Part shown: positions 1-11,200 of the stretch, one piece after another | How positions within the stretch are numbered: position 1 is the first letter of the stretch | How the letters are laid out: every line of letters starts with the position of its first letter | Origin: Catajapyx aquilonaris | Taxonomy: Eukaryota | Direction of reading: 5' to 3' | Length of the DNA: 48,990 nt | NCBI GenBank assembly: GCA_000934665.2 | Contig: KZ538767.1 | Span: 1-48,990, forward strand | The notes under the pieces: model-generated | Seen by the model: the letters and a program-made list of their open reading frames with translations, nothing else | What the model was told of the DNA's origin: nothing | The model's database searches: none | Made by a program: the position numbers and the translations under genes

Positions 1-255
1 TCTTCGGTCTCCCATCACTAGTTCCTCCACTTTGGCCACATTTTCTTCAGTGGTGGAACACACGGGTCTTCCGGAGCGGGGGTCGTCTTCTAGGCTGCCT
101 CGGCCGTGTTTGGAGAGGGCAATCCACTTCTGGATCATGCTGTAGGATGGTGCATCGCCAGCCAATGTATCCTTCATGTCCTCAAAGATGTCCTTGGCAC
201 CCATTCCCTTTGCCACCAGGTACTGGATGACCGCGCGATGTGCGATGTTCGCCAT
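1..255 (-). CDS. Mariner transposase N-terminal HTH region (partial, open to window edge)
   Basis: MANIAHRAVIQYLVAKGMGAKDIFEDMKDTLAGDAPSYSMIQKWIALSKHGRGSLEDDPRSGRPVCSTTEENVAKVEELVMGDRR; the LEDDPRSGRP motif is typical of mariner transposases; 85 codons without a stop. Confidence 0.85.
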   Translation of the reverse strand, partial: MANIAHRAVIQYLVAKGMGAKDIFEDMKDTLAGDAPSYSMIQKWIALSKHGRGSLEDDPRSGRPVCSTTEENVAKVEELVMGDRR

Positions 256-435
256 CTTCACAAAATGCTGCGTACCCTTTCACATCCGAATTATTTCTGA
301 ACCCAAGGACTTTGACACCTATGTCAATTGGGTGGATATAGGGGTTTGAAGGGTGGCTCGATTTAATGGCGATGTTTAGCTTCCGCATTTGCTTCTCCTT
401 CTAGGCGAAACCACGAACTTATATAACACCCCTCG
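1..435 (-). mobile_element. Mariner element, 5' end (TIR, leader and transposase N-terminus), running off the window edge
   Basis: Minus strand begins TA|CGAGGGGTGTTATATAAGTTCGTGGTTTCG (mariner-type TIR; TA at 436-437), followed by a transposase ORF starting at 255. Confidence 0.9.
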
Positions 436-482
436 TATAGGACAAAACTGAGTTCCACCTTTCCATCTTACATTATTACTAA

Positions 483-1314
483 CAAGGGAACCTCTCGAAG
501 TGTCACTCTAAGTTCAAGGTGAAATATTTTTTTTCGGGTTCCTTATCAGCTAGAAGGACAACACCCTTCTGGAGAAATCCTCGATCTCAAGCGTTTTTGA
601 GATACAGGGGTCAAAAGGTCAAGAATGGACCACTTTATGAAGGCCCCGAGGAAGCTATCATTAGTGCTATCGGCGAGATTTTTGGGATCTAGAGGTTTCT
701 TGGGATGGGGAATACAGTGGCATAACCAAAAATCATGAATTATGCACATGAAGGGTACTTCTCAGGGAAGGGGGTGGGAGGTGGGGTGACAAAAATTACT
801 ATAAACAAAGTATTTTCTACTCTTTACGTCTTTAGACAGCACTGACTGGACACCCAAGTTGGTGAATTTCATTAACTATATCATGTAAACATGAATTATG
901 TAGAATTTCTGAAGCACTCCTCTTGACGAAATTCACCAACTTGAGTGTCCAGTCAGTGCTGTCTAAAGACGTAAGGAGTAGAAAATACTTTGTTTATAGT
1001 AATTTTTGTCCCCCCACCTCCCACCCCCTTCCCTGAGAAGTACCCTTCATGTGCATAATTCATGATTTTTGGTGATGCCACTGTATTCCCCATCCCAAGA
1101 AACCTCTAGATCCCAAAAATCTCCCCGATAGCACTAATGATAGCTTCCTCGGGGCCTTCATAAAGTGGTCCATTCTTGACCTTTTGACCCCTGTATCTCG
1201 AAAACGCTTGAGATCGAGGATTTCTCCAGAAGGGTGTTGTCCTTCTAGCTGATAAGGAACCCGAAAAAAATATTTCACCTTGAACTTAGAGTGACACTTC
1301 GAGAGGTTCCCTTG
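483..1314. mobile_element. Foldback/MITE-type element with ~390-bp inverted arms
   Basis: 483-875 is a near-perfect reverse complement of 923-1314 (CAAGGGAACCTCTCGAAGTGTCAC...GTGACACTTCGAGAGGTTCCCTTG); ~47-bp spacer; TAA on both flanks (480-482, 1315-1317). Confidence 0.9.
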
Positions 1315-2500
1315 TAAGACTAACTTTCACTCAAAATTGTGGCGGCTCAAGAAAAACCTCCCTGGATAAGATCCTTTATTATAGTACTGGAATTGCTCTA
1401 TCAGAATACTCGAATATAAGAACTTATAGCTGCGATACCCGTTCTTCTCACGGTGAAAAAAGCATTCAGATTTATATACAGAGATCTTTCCAGACAATCA
1501 GGCAGCATTAAAAGCAATTGCTCAATCCCATGCATATGCAGGCAATCTTGCAGGCAATGGAAGGATTTAAAAATTCTGGTTTGTTCTTGAAGTTATAAAA
1601 AGGGAGCATCGTGTGCCCATTTTAAAAAAAATCTGTGATGAAAAAGTAGCCAAATATAATAATTGCTGGGAAGGGAGAACAAACATGGTTACCAAAGCAA
1701 GGGCACAACAGAACAGGACAAAAACACTGACTACAACTCCAAAGAAATAACATCGGCGCTTAACTCGGATGCATATTTCTTTCCGAGAAGGCACGCTTGA
1801 TCGAGTCAGAGAATTGCATAACTTGTTAAAACAATTGAATCCGGTTGTAACAGACTCGAAAGGCCTGCCCCAGCATTCCATAAGCGCTGTGTATTTTTAC
1901 TCCTGACATAACAGACTCATTTTCATCTCACGTCGGCTTTAACAGACAATTTCTTGGCCCCTCGGTAGAAAAATTGGCTGCTTTTGATTACTCAGCTTCC
2001 TTTCCCACGGGCAGGAAGGCAGAGAATACTGGAGCGGGGGTGATTTTCGCATCTGTCACTGATTTAAGCTCCCTACTCACAAGTTTTGCACCACAAGGTT
2101 GAGGCACACATGTGTTCTATTCAGAAAATGACGAATTTTTCGTCCTGTATAATTTTTGTGCGAGCTAATTTTGAATATATTTTTGTGGATAGTTGCATTC
2201 ATCAGTAGTGTGCATTATAGGCACATTGAAAGCAGAAAATTTAGAATATTATTGTGGTTGTCGAACCCTATTCCGAGAAAATCCCACTTTTGTAGATTCG
2301 ATTTGTATGGCTGTAAATGGGATTTCCAGATTTCCTCCTCCTGATATGGCTTTTTTTTAAACTCATTTCGATCTAGCTCTTTGGCTCATTAAGTGCGATT
2401 TTACTTGAAGATTTTAATGGTGATATTAACCAAAAAAAATGACAAAAATGGAAGATAGACGCTGTTGGCGGCCACCTCCTCAAATATCCTTATGGGGAGC

Positions 2501-3147
2501 CTTGGTAGCCCGTTCGTAAGTACGGGTCGCAGTAAGTCATACTGCAATCAGTACTGCAGGAAGTACTGCCCATGACACAGTTTTCTTTTGCGATTGTTTA
2601 GACTCTTTAGAGTTTAGACCCTTGCGAAGCTCGAATTTTTGTCTCGTTCGTTGTCAGTACCCCCATTTCACCCTCCTACCCTACCTTGCAGCTGAGTGTC
2701 TCTGGACACTGGAGGGGCGGGGAGTGGGTGGGCGACATGGAAAGGGAGCCAAGGCGATCATTCTCTGAGCGACCCTCACCCTCTCATGCATTGTGGCGAA
2801 CTGGGCATCAGCTTCCTATTTTGCCTGCTTGGTGGCGGGGAAGGAGGAAGACGCGAGTGGGGGACTCGGAGCAGAGGTGGGGAGCGGGGCATGAGCAAGG
2901 CCGAGAAGCATGAGGTGGGGAGGGGAGGGGCTTGCGCGTAAAAATTGCGCAGGTACGTCTTTTTATTTAATTTATTTGATTTTTTGGCATTTAGACTTTA
3001 AAAAGTGCCGTTTTCGGACTTTTTACTCAATCACATGCAGGTTTAGCATCAGTGTGAAAATTTTCAGATCTCTCGGAGGTGTGGAAGTGTGTTAGGTAGC
3101 CGGGACATACATACAGAGTCACTCTGTGCTTTATTATAATTAAGAGA
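2501..3147 (-). mobile_element. Non-autonomous Helitron-like element (probable)
   Basis: Minus-strand 5' end A|TCTCTTAATTATAATAAAGCACAGAGTGACTCTGTATGTATGTCCC; hairpin CCCGTTCGTAAGTACGGG near 2509-2526; an alternative 3'-end motif lies at 1424-1453. Confidence 0.45.
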
Positions 3148-5217
3148 TTCAGGGTCTAGATTCAAGAACTACACTACAGAAAGCGTATTTGACCAAAATG
3201 TGACTGTTCTAAATCTGAGATCTTTCAACGAATTGCATACAGCCAACATTGCATACAATCTTGCCAAAATCAGATCAAATTATGTCTGGCTTAAAATATT
3301 TTTTTATTGCGGTACTGGAATATTGTCCGCGAGCCGCCTGTCATGTGCATTTGTAAATGTCACGCTAAAATGCGAGGAATCTCTCTACTTCCCACCTCTT
3401 CCCCCCCACCCTCACACATGCACACAGCAGCACACATGCAAAAATGTACTTAGCAAAATGCACAGCAGGCTACTGCAAATTTTCGGTTTTGCCAGTGGTG
3501 CTGACTGTGAGAAGAGTACTGAAGCGGGCGCATCCTTTTCCCTTCCCCGCACTCGCTTTGACAGCTCTACCCCCAGCTCTTCAACTGAGCGTGTACGCTC
3601 CCCAAACACCCACCACCTCGTGAATGTACAGTAGTACAGCTGTAGTACCGCTTACGCGGTCAGTAGCGTTGATGCAATCCGAACCAAGCACAGAAACCAT
3701 CTAATCACAGCTTGCTGTCTTCAGAGCAGGGCCTCAACCTAAGTAGCTTATTCCAGCTGTCTGTTTATCCACAGCCAAAAAGGGCATAAAAGCACAAACA
3801 TTCAGGTTAGTAAATAAGTCAAATGAATACGATATGAAATAGGATGAAATATGGATATAAAGAACTGTTGTATAGCAGAGTCAATATTAGGAGGTCTACA
3901 TCCGTGCGCGCCTGTCTATACATTGTTTCTGACCTTTTTTTCTGCGGTCCACTGCTTCGGACTTTGTCTGGGTATGGCCCTCGACGATGGAATTCATGGT
4001 TTTAGGTGATGTTGGGGAGGTAGAGCTCTTGAGAAATTTAGGTAGAGTAATGGTGCTTGCCAGACCACAAACCACCTACCACACTGTCGCGCACCTCCAA
4101 CGCAAAGTCCGCAGGGAAGTATGATTCAAAACTTAGAATAACGTGCACACAGTGAGTCATATACAATATGCTCATACTCTCCAAGATAATAAGGCATTAC
4201 CATTACAATGGTACAGTACAACTGAATATGATAGAAAACTGTTCTACATGCATATGATAATCAATTTTTGTGGAAGACTTCTGTAAATGTAGCTAAGCAA
4301 GCACACAGCTGTATTAAAAAGTTAAAAACTGACAGTTCATATGACGCTATTACAGTGCTACGCACGACTGTAACTGGTCACATTCTCAACTGAAATAACA
4401 TTTTCCCCATCACATTGGCAATGTCACTGAAAATACCCTAGACCCACCAACTGGTGCAGCAAAGTAAACTCAAATTTTCTGTTTTCCTTGTCCTATGTTC
4501 AACTTTCAGAAAGCAGCTGGCATACTACAATACTATTTCCAGAGTCCTTTCATATGAAAACTAACTAGCTCAGCTCATTGGTAGAGCCACACTATATAGC
4601 CCACCCAAACTAAAATTAATCGCTCCTAGTTCACATCCATTTGATTCGAATTTTACAACCCCTGGCGCAAGTTTCTAATGAAACGCCCTCGTTCATCAAT
4701 ATTAGGAGTGTCGCACTACGCACGTCACATGCAGGTGTAGTCCCCGTCGCATTATATTGCAACAACAGAGTATATTCTTGACAGTGTTTCGGGCCACCAG
4801 ATTACACTGTGTGTCACGCCGCTGACCCTTCAACCCTCTCTGCCCACAAAAAAAAAAGCTCATCGACGGCATGTGTTTTCATCGGGGAATATACACGCTA
4901 GCGTGATGATTTGTGGCCTGATTAGGATGCCGATGTTTGTGTTTTGATCGTTTTATTAATCACGCGGCATGTTGCCCTTTTAAAAAAGGAGACCACTTCC
5001 ATGCAGGTTGGCGGAGAAAAACGGTCTGTCTATTACACACTAGTGGCAAATATAAATATCAGGGGGGTCTGAACCCAATATTGTCCTTGCTATTGTTCGA
5101 TTCATACCACTCAGAAGGGGTATAATAGGACAATATAATACTATAGAGAGCTGCCTTAAATCATAAAGGAAAATCCGCTTCTGACTTTTCTGTGATCTCG
5201 ACTAAAAGAGTAAGGGA

Positions 5218-5345
5218 TAAGTGTATGTGACCACGTTCCAGACTCAATAACACCTTCGCTAAAGTGCATACGGTGATGCGGATCCAATTACACGTTCTGG
5301 CCAAATCCACTCCAGCAGCATTAATGGATAAGTGCCTTTAATTTT
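5218..5345. repeat. Diverged direct repeat, copy 1 (copy 2 at ~6728-6865)
   Basis: ATAAGTGTATGTGACCACGTTCCAGACTCAATAACACCTTC...GCATTAATGGATAA vs ATAAGTGCATGTGACCACGTTTCCGACTCAATTACACCTTC...GCATTAATGGATAA. Confidence 0.8.
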
Positions 5346-6006
5346 GCCTTTTAGTCATACCAGCGAATCTGATCTATTCATTACCCACACTACGCTACAG
5401 ATAATACTGAGAGGAAATTCTTTTTCGCTCAATTAAACCTCATATGCACCTAATTTTCAGCTAAGAAAGGTTTTATGTACTCGTACAATACCGGTATGCT
5501 ATCACCGGTAGGGTATTCAGGTGCTTGATCCTATGACGATTATGGGTTATTACAGCATGAGTGCTTCAAATAACACGAGCAACAACTGACGTTCATTTTG
5601 ACTTTCTGCGTCTCTTCCAACTCCTTGCAGGCCAACATATCAATATTGATTCTAGGATGATGCCACTTTTGAAACCTGCTTGATCAAGGAAACTCGCTGC
5701 TTTTTATGTATCCCTCCCGTCTTACACTACGTAGACACCATCTTGACGTGATGGATGCCCCCACATCCTGGGGTTGCCTTCTAAATGAAAATCGCGGTTG
5801 CGGCGAAGCCCATGTCACACCCGAGACCCGACACACACAAAAAGAAGAGGGTGGCTGAGGGCGATCATCGTGACTCAAGTTGGGATGTGTTGCGAATCCG
5901 TCCAAACTGGGGCTTCTACCCATGATTGTGACTCTGAGGAGCTTCTCAAGTCTTTCGATTGAGCTGCATCTTATCGATTCGCAGGTGACTTGGGGGGGGG
6001 GGGGGG

Positions 6007-6034
6007 NNNNNNNNNNNNNNNNNNNNNNNNNNNN
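6007..6034. other. Assembly gap (N run) after poly-G
   Basis: 28 N; single Ns also at 8008, 15100 and 36138. Confidence 0.99.
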
Positions 6035-6727
6035 GAGGTTGGAAGAGGGCGGATGGGGAGAAGGAGGTGGGAGGAAAACTCCTTTTTCCTCATGCTTGGA
6101 AATACGCCTCCAGAAATCCTGGGATTTAATAAATCCTGGCCTTCCGGAAATTACTTGTCACATGTCAAGAGAAGTTCATTAAATTGCGCAGTTACCGGGA
6201 GGAGCTTTTTGTGAGAAATCAGGTTTTCGCATCAAAAGAGGACGGAATTATTTATATCTGATTCGGAGGAATTCTCCTGTTTTATTCGCATTTACTATTC
6301 CGCTGGCAGTCGAATTTGATCCACCACAGACTTCAGGTAAACAGGAAACGGCGCAAAATTCAGTTGATTCTAATGCCGATATTTTGTGGCCAAAAATATC
6401 GCTCGCAGCAGTCGAGATATAGCTGACTGGTTCTGGTCGTGAAAGGCACAATATACCATCCAAACTGGTTCATACTTCTATGCAACCCACATTTACTCCA
6501 CTGAAGAATTAATTTTCATCGATTTTGTAAGTGACAAGCTCCCATATTGGCAGGCATTATTGATTTCGTGATGAATGCATATAGCTCTATAATTTGCAAT
6601 AGTCTATATCGAGACTATGAATCAAACGTGACACATGATTCCACATCTTCCCTGCAAAAAAATCTTCGGAAGAAAGAAAATATGTCCTAAATTATGTTCT
6701 TTCATCTAGACCGTGAAAAGAGTTTGC

Positions 6728-6865
6728 ATAAGTGCATGTGACCACGTTTCCGACTCAATTACACCTTCCCTTAAGTACACACGACGATGTCGATTCAATT
6801 ACATGATCCCTGTACATGTTAAAGTCCACTCTGCCTGCATTAATGGATAAAACTGGCCTTTGCAG
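6728..6865. repeat. Diverged direct repeat, copy 2
   Basis: Aligns with 5218-5345. Confidence 0.8.
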
Positions 6866-7248
6866 AATTTTAATCTCCGCCAATTACGAGTTAGTTCAAT
6901 CGCACAACTTGAAGCACTTCTCTCAGGGTTAAAAGGGGCTCTCATTAAATTCTTGGTCATTTCTGCATTATTGTACTTAAACGTAGACATGTGCTATTTC
7001 GCTCAAAGAAATGGAGACGATTTCGCACTGAAACGATATTAATTTCGTCTCCATCTTCTTGAACAATATAATATACTATATTCAGTATTCTCATTAGACA
7101 AGTTCCGTTATATTCAGGCTGCTCTATCCAGGCAGGTTTGACTTTAAATATTTTTTCAATGCTGCAAAAAATTCGCAAAAAATTTGTATATGTGACTATA
7201 CATTTCAATTGAAATTATCTTAGTGCCCATTTGTGTACCATTTGTGTA

Positions 7249-7500
7249 CCATTTGTGTCCAGGTAGGCCTGAACACAAAGATGTATATTTTGGAAAGCCC
7301 TGGCCAGCATGTCCTGAAGAATTGACTGAATTTCTTGGATGATGGTTTCTTTCAAGGCGTCTATGAATAGTAGTTCGTTTCGGTACACTGTCTCGCTATT
7401 TCGGATAGCCCCATAAGAAGTAATTAGGCGGCGTAAGATCGGGCGACCGCGATGGCCAAAGTCTCTTCTAAATGACTCGGTCGCCGGAAAGGACTGACTT
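7249..7500 (-). pseudogene. Tc1/mariner-superfamily (maT/DD37D-like) transposase C-terminal relic
   Basis: LWPSRSPDLTPPNYFLWGY (WPPRSPDL..DFFLWGY motif), then after a frameshift VYRNELLFIDALKETIIQEIQSILQDMLARAFQNIHLCVQAYLDTNG. Confidence 0.85.
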
Positions 7501-7771
7501 TCAGCAATGCTGATATGTGTGATGTGTAGCATGTGTACCGAAACTAACCCCAATTCATCGACGCCTTGAAAGAAAACCTCATCCCTGAAATTCAGCCAGT
7601 GCCTCAGGACATTCTGGCCAGGACTTTACAAAATGTGAAGCGTCATATTCAGGCCTGCCTGAACGCAAATGGTCCCCATTTCCAGCACATGTTGTGATTC
7701 CATTTCCTTTCTCACATAATAAGGTTAGTTCAGTTCAAATTTTGTTGTGATATCTTAATTCGTGTTAATGT

Positions 7772-8180
7772 ACCGAAGCAGTAGTGGTGGAGTGGATATG
7801 GTGTCCGACTGCTAATCGGGAGGTCCTGGGCTCGAGTCCCGGAGGCCGGCGGTCCTGACCTTGGTGTTCTGTGGTTTTCCAAGGTCGCCCCAGAAAAATT
7901 CCGGGATCGTAATAGGCCACAGCCGCTTCCTTCCTTTCCCTGCCCTGGAGGAGGTGCGGTGTCAGTGGGGAACTTCTGGCCCGCGCCTAGGTGGGTATCT
8001 CAGCTTCNCCCCCCCCCCCCTGAGGGACTGCACACAGCCCCCACCACAAGACAATGCCCTGCACCACTGTCCCTCCCTCTTATCTCTTCCCTTTCCCCCG
8101 CACCGGAGAGAAAGAAAAAGCATATAGAAAACGGAGGCCCCTACATTGACCACTAGGTCTCAAGGGGGTACCAAAAACAC

Positions 8181-8252
<72 letters not shown>
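7772..8252 (+). mobile_element. tRNA-derived SINE, family A
   Basis: tRNA-like head with B-box-like GGCTCGAGTCC; body GGCCACAGCCGCTTCCTTCC; (AAC)n(AAT)n tail; 16-bp TSD TAATTYGTGTTAATGT (7756-7771, 8253-8268). Confidence 0.9.

Positions 8253-8256
<4 letters not shown>
8181..8256 (+). repeat. Compound microsatellite (AAC)n(AAT)n forming the SINE tail
   Basis: Read directly from the sequence. Confidence 0.97.
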
Positions 8257-11200
8257 TTGTGTTAATGTTATGAAAGAAATGCCGGGTAAAGTAAGTAAGT
8301 GGGACACCCTGATAGTAATAAATTAATAATATTGTTTTCTTATTATTTTTAACAGCATTGACCTTTTTTCTAGAAGAGCGTAATAATAATAATGGTGTTA
8401 CTGTTGTTGTTCTATTGCACTAGCAGCTAACAAAACATACACCAATTAGGTGCTTTCAATATTTTTCACAACTATAATAATAGACCTATGTCATGTGTGC
8501 AACTCAAAAATCAATCAAAAATAGAAAGTTCAAATGATTTGCAGCAGTAACTTATACGCGCCAGGAGAAACCTGTAACATTTGCATCGGCTTACATTCTG
8601 GGAAATTATTTTGATATCGCAATATGAGAGACATACAGTAGTTTACATCCAAAATCGATTGATTAATTTAATAATGTGTTATTTTATTGGCGCACATTCT
8701 AAAATAGCTGTACTATAGGGTGGAGGATGTAGAAATATATTGGAGACAGAGAAAATGGGACAGTAGACTGTTGTCTCAGGCAGTGAACCATAAAAACTTC
8801 TTTTTTCCGTGGTATGACGGCACTGACTCCCGCGTAATTACAGCATTATTAGAGTACCTGTCGGGATAAACCAGCAGAAAATAACCTGTTTTCAGCCACT
8901 CGCTCGGGTCGAGATTTCTTACTTTTCGTCGTAAGGATAATGCGCCGCAACTGTATACAAGTCATTCCTTAGTGTACACTGGCAGTAAATAGACATGAAC
9001 CTGTGCTGGGTAGCGTTGTTTTCGCAATTACTCACACGTGACTTTAAGGGGGAAACGATTTGTGTGAAACTAGTATAACTTACTCTTATTCTTGCTCGTG
9101 TTATTGTTCAGGGTGATGTGAGATAATGCTGTGCTCTCAATAGTATGTGTGTAAACTGTAAATGTACAATATAATTATGTAGAGTTACTTGGTTTTGTTA
9201 GTTCCTATGCAACAGAGATTTTTTTTAAAACTATTTTTGTGTTTTTATCCCATTTCTGAGGTAGGCTAATCTTTAATATTATTATTTCTTAAACAAGAAT
9301 AGTGCGGTAGATATTTTCAGGTTGTAATGTTACATACTGTAGCAGTCAAGAGGCGTGATGTGAAAATTCTTGCAGAAACGCGTAACAGAAAGCAGCTTTG
9401 GAAGATGCTTAACCTGCATATTATCATGCCCTCCTTCAAAGTTGTCCCTCGGAACACACAGGACGGTTGTCAAAGAGAATAAGCATGACGGACATATACA
9501 AAACCGAGCGAAATAATTCCCTGAATCCAGGTGAGGTATACGGTGGGGAATAAGTAGGCCCTATCATACATTCATGAAAGCATGTAATCTCTTCAGTCAA
9601 GTCAAATGAAATAAGCGCCTGATTAAATGAATGTCATGATAAGCCTATAGACGGTTAATGCTGAAACATTCAAGATACTGCAAATTATATATATATACGA
9701 GATATGCTATACATACTGCCAAGTGCCAATGCCGGCTATACATATATAATCAAACTCTCAATGTCGGAATATTTCTCTTACAGTTAGAGAATAGGCCCAG
9801 GGATCGCAGTCTCAAGAAACCCAGGGAGTTACTGACCACCCTGTATAAGTACAGCGATTGATGTTTTAAACTGCGGATTTGTGCAACAGTGGCTACGCAC
9901 TAATGTAGCTGGCTTTAGCCACACCTAATTAAAAGTATTAATTCCCTCGGGTGAATCTGCTTTAATTAATAAGTTGCGGAACAGAGAAATATCAGCTAAT
10001 ATCACATGATGGACTCGATAATGTGCTATGCAGCTTATCGTGCGCCACTGTTCAAATTTTACATTTCGTACAGTCTAATATCATTAAATAATTAGCCTAC
10101 CGTACGTATTTAGTGAACCACTTGTGTTCAAACAGTGTCAAATTCCTACAGTAACATCATCTCCAGGCTCTTATGGTATGATGCATATTTGTCACTAAAA
10201 CATGTACAGTACTATTACCTAAGTCTCGGTATAACATATAATATATTGTTGAAGACCATTTAAATACTCAAGCATCCATGATGGTATGCTGTTTCGGTGT
10301 AATGCACTACTCTGATTTGTCAGAAGTACCTAAAATGCAGAACGACCAGAGTTACATTAAGCCATACTGAGATGCAGGGGGTTGAAGTTGTTGATTTAAT
10401 TACAGCTTTCTGAATGAATAATTTTCAAAAATGTACCTCGGGGTTGTAATTTATTAATCAGAAACTGATGTAACTACTAGTACGGTACGTTTCGAGTACC
10501 ATATTAATGTCTATCTCACAGCTTTAAACAAAATGATACTTTGCATAATTCAGGTCTTCACATGCAGTCCCAATACCCGTTATGTGAAGAATGTTACAAC
10601 TGTACCTGTCACATAGAAATATTTCGGTACAGCAAAAAAAAATGAGAAAGGACTAAGTTGGCTGCATTTATGCTGTATTCATTCCTTCATTCAATCCGAC
10701 ATAATATTATGCATATAAGGCGTATAGTCAGTGACTGCCAGGGAGATGCAAGTCATGGATATAGTGTATAGTGTAATATTAACAGTAATCAATTATGGAC
10801 ATATAAAAATGATATTGAATGTTGAGGTTTTCATATAGCACCAATTCGACACCTCATTGATGCTGAAAATAATAATCCGTGCATTTCAATGAGCCAGTAC
10901 ATCATCATGTAATAGTGAATTAACCAGTTCGATTTTAGTTTCACACCGCGTCCATGGCAACATGCCATCACATCTCTGCACTATACATGAAAGCTGCCTC
11001 TCCATACAGTCACCTACGCCCTTTTAAACAGGCGTATACACTCGAAAATGGATTAAATTTCGCACCAAAATATCAGCCTTACCACAGACAAAACCAACCC
11101 TCCAAGTTGCACCTTTTAAAATATCTAGTTCAACTGAGCCTAACCCGTACCTTCCTAACTCCTCCAGCTGATGCTCCTGCAGCTGCTAACTTCTTGGATG

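Larger units (their letters stand above)
7533..8311 (+). mobile_element. Second, inverted copy of the same transposase C-terminus plus 3' TIR, interrupted by a SINE
   Basis: FIDALKENLIPEIQPVPQDILARTLQNVKRHIQACLNANGPHFQHML* (ends 7697); terminal GTGGGACACCCTG at 8299-8311. Confidence 0.8.

Noticed and set aside
8080..8307. Poly-Ile/Val hydrophobic ORF
   Set aside because: Translation of the (AAT)n(AAC)n microsatellite
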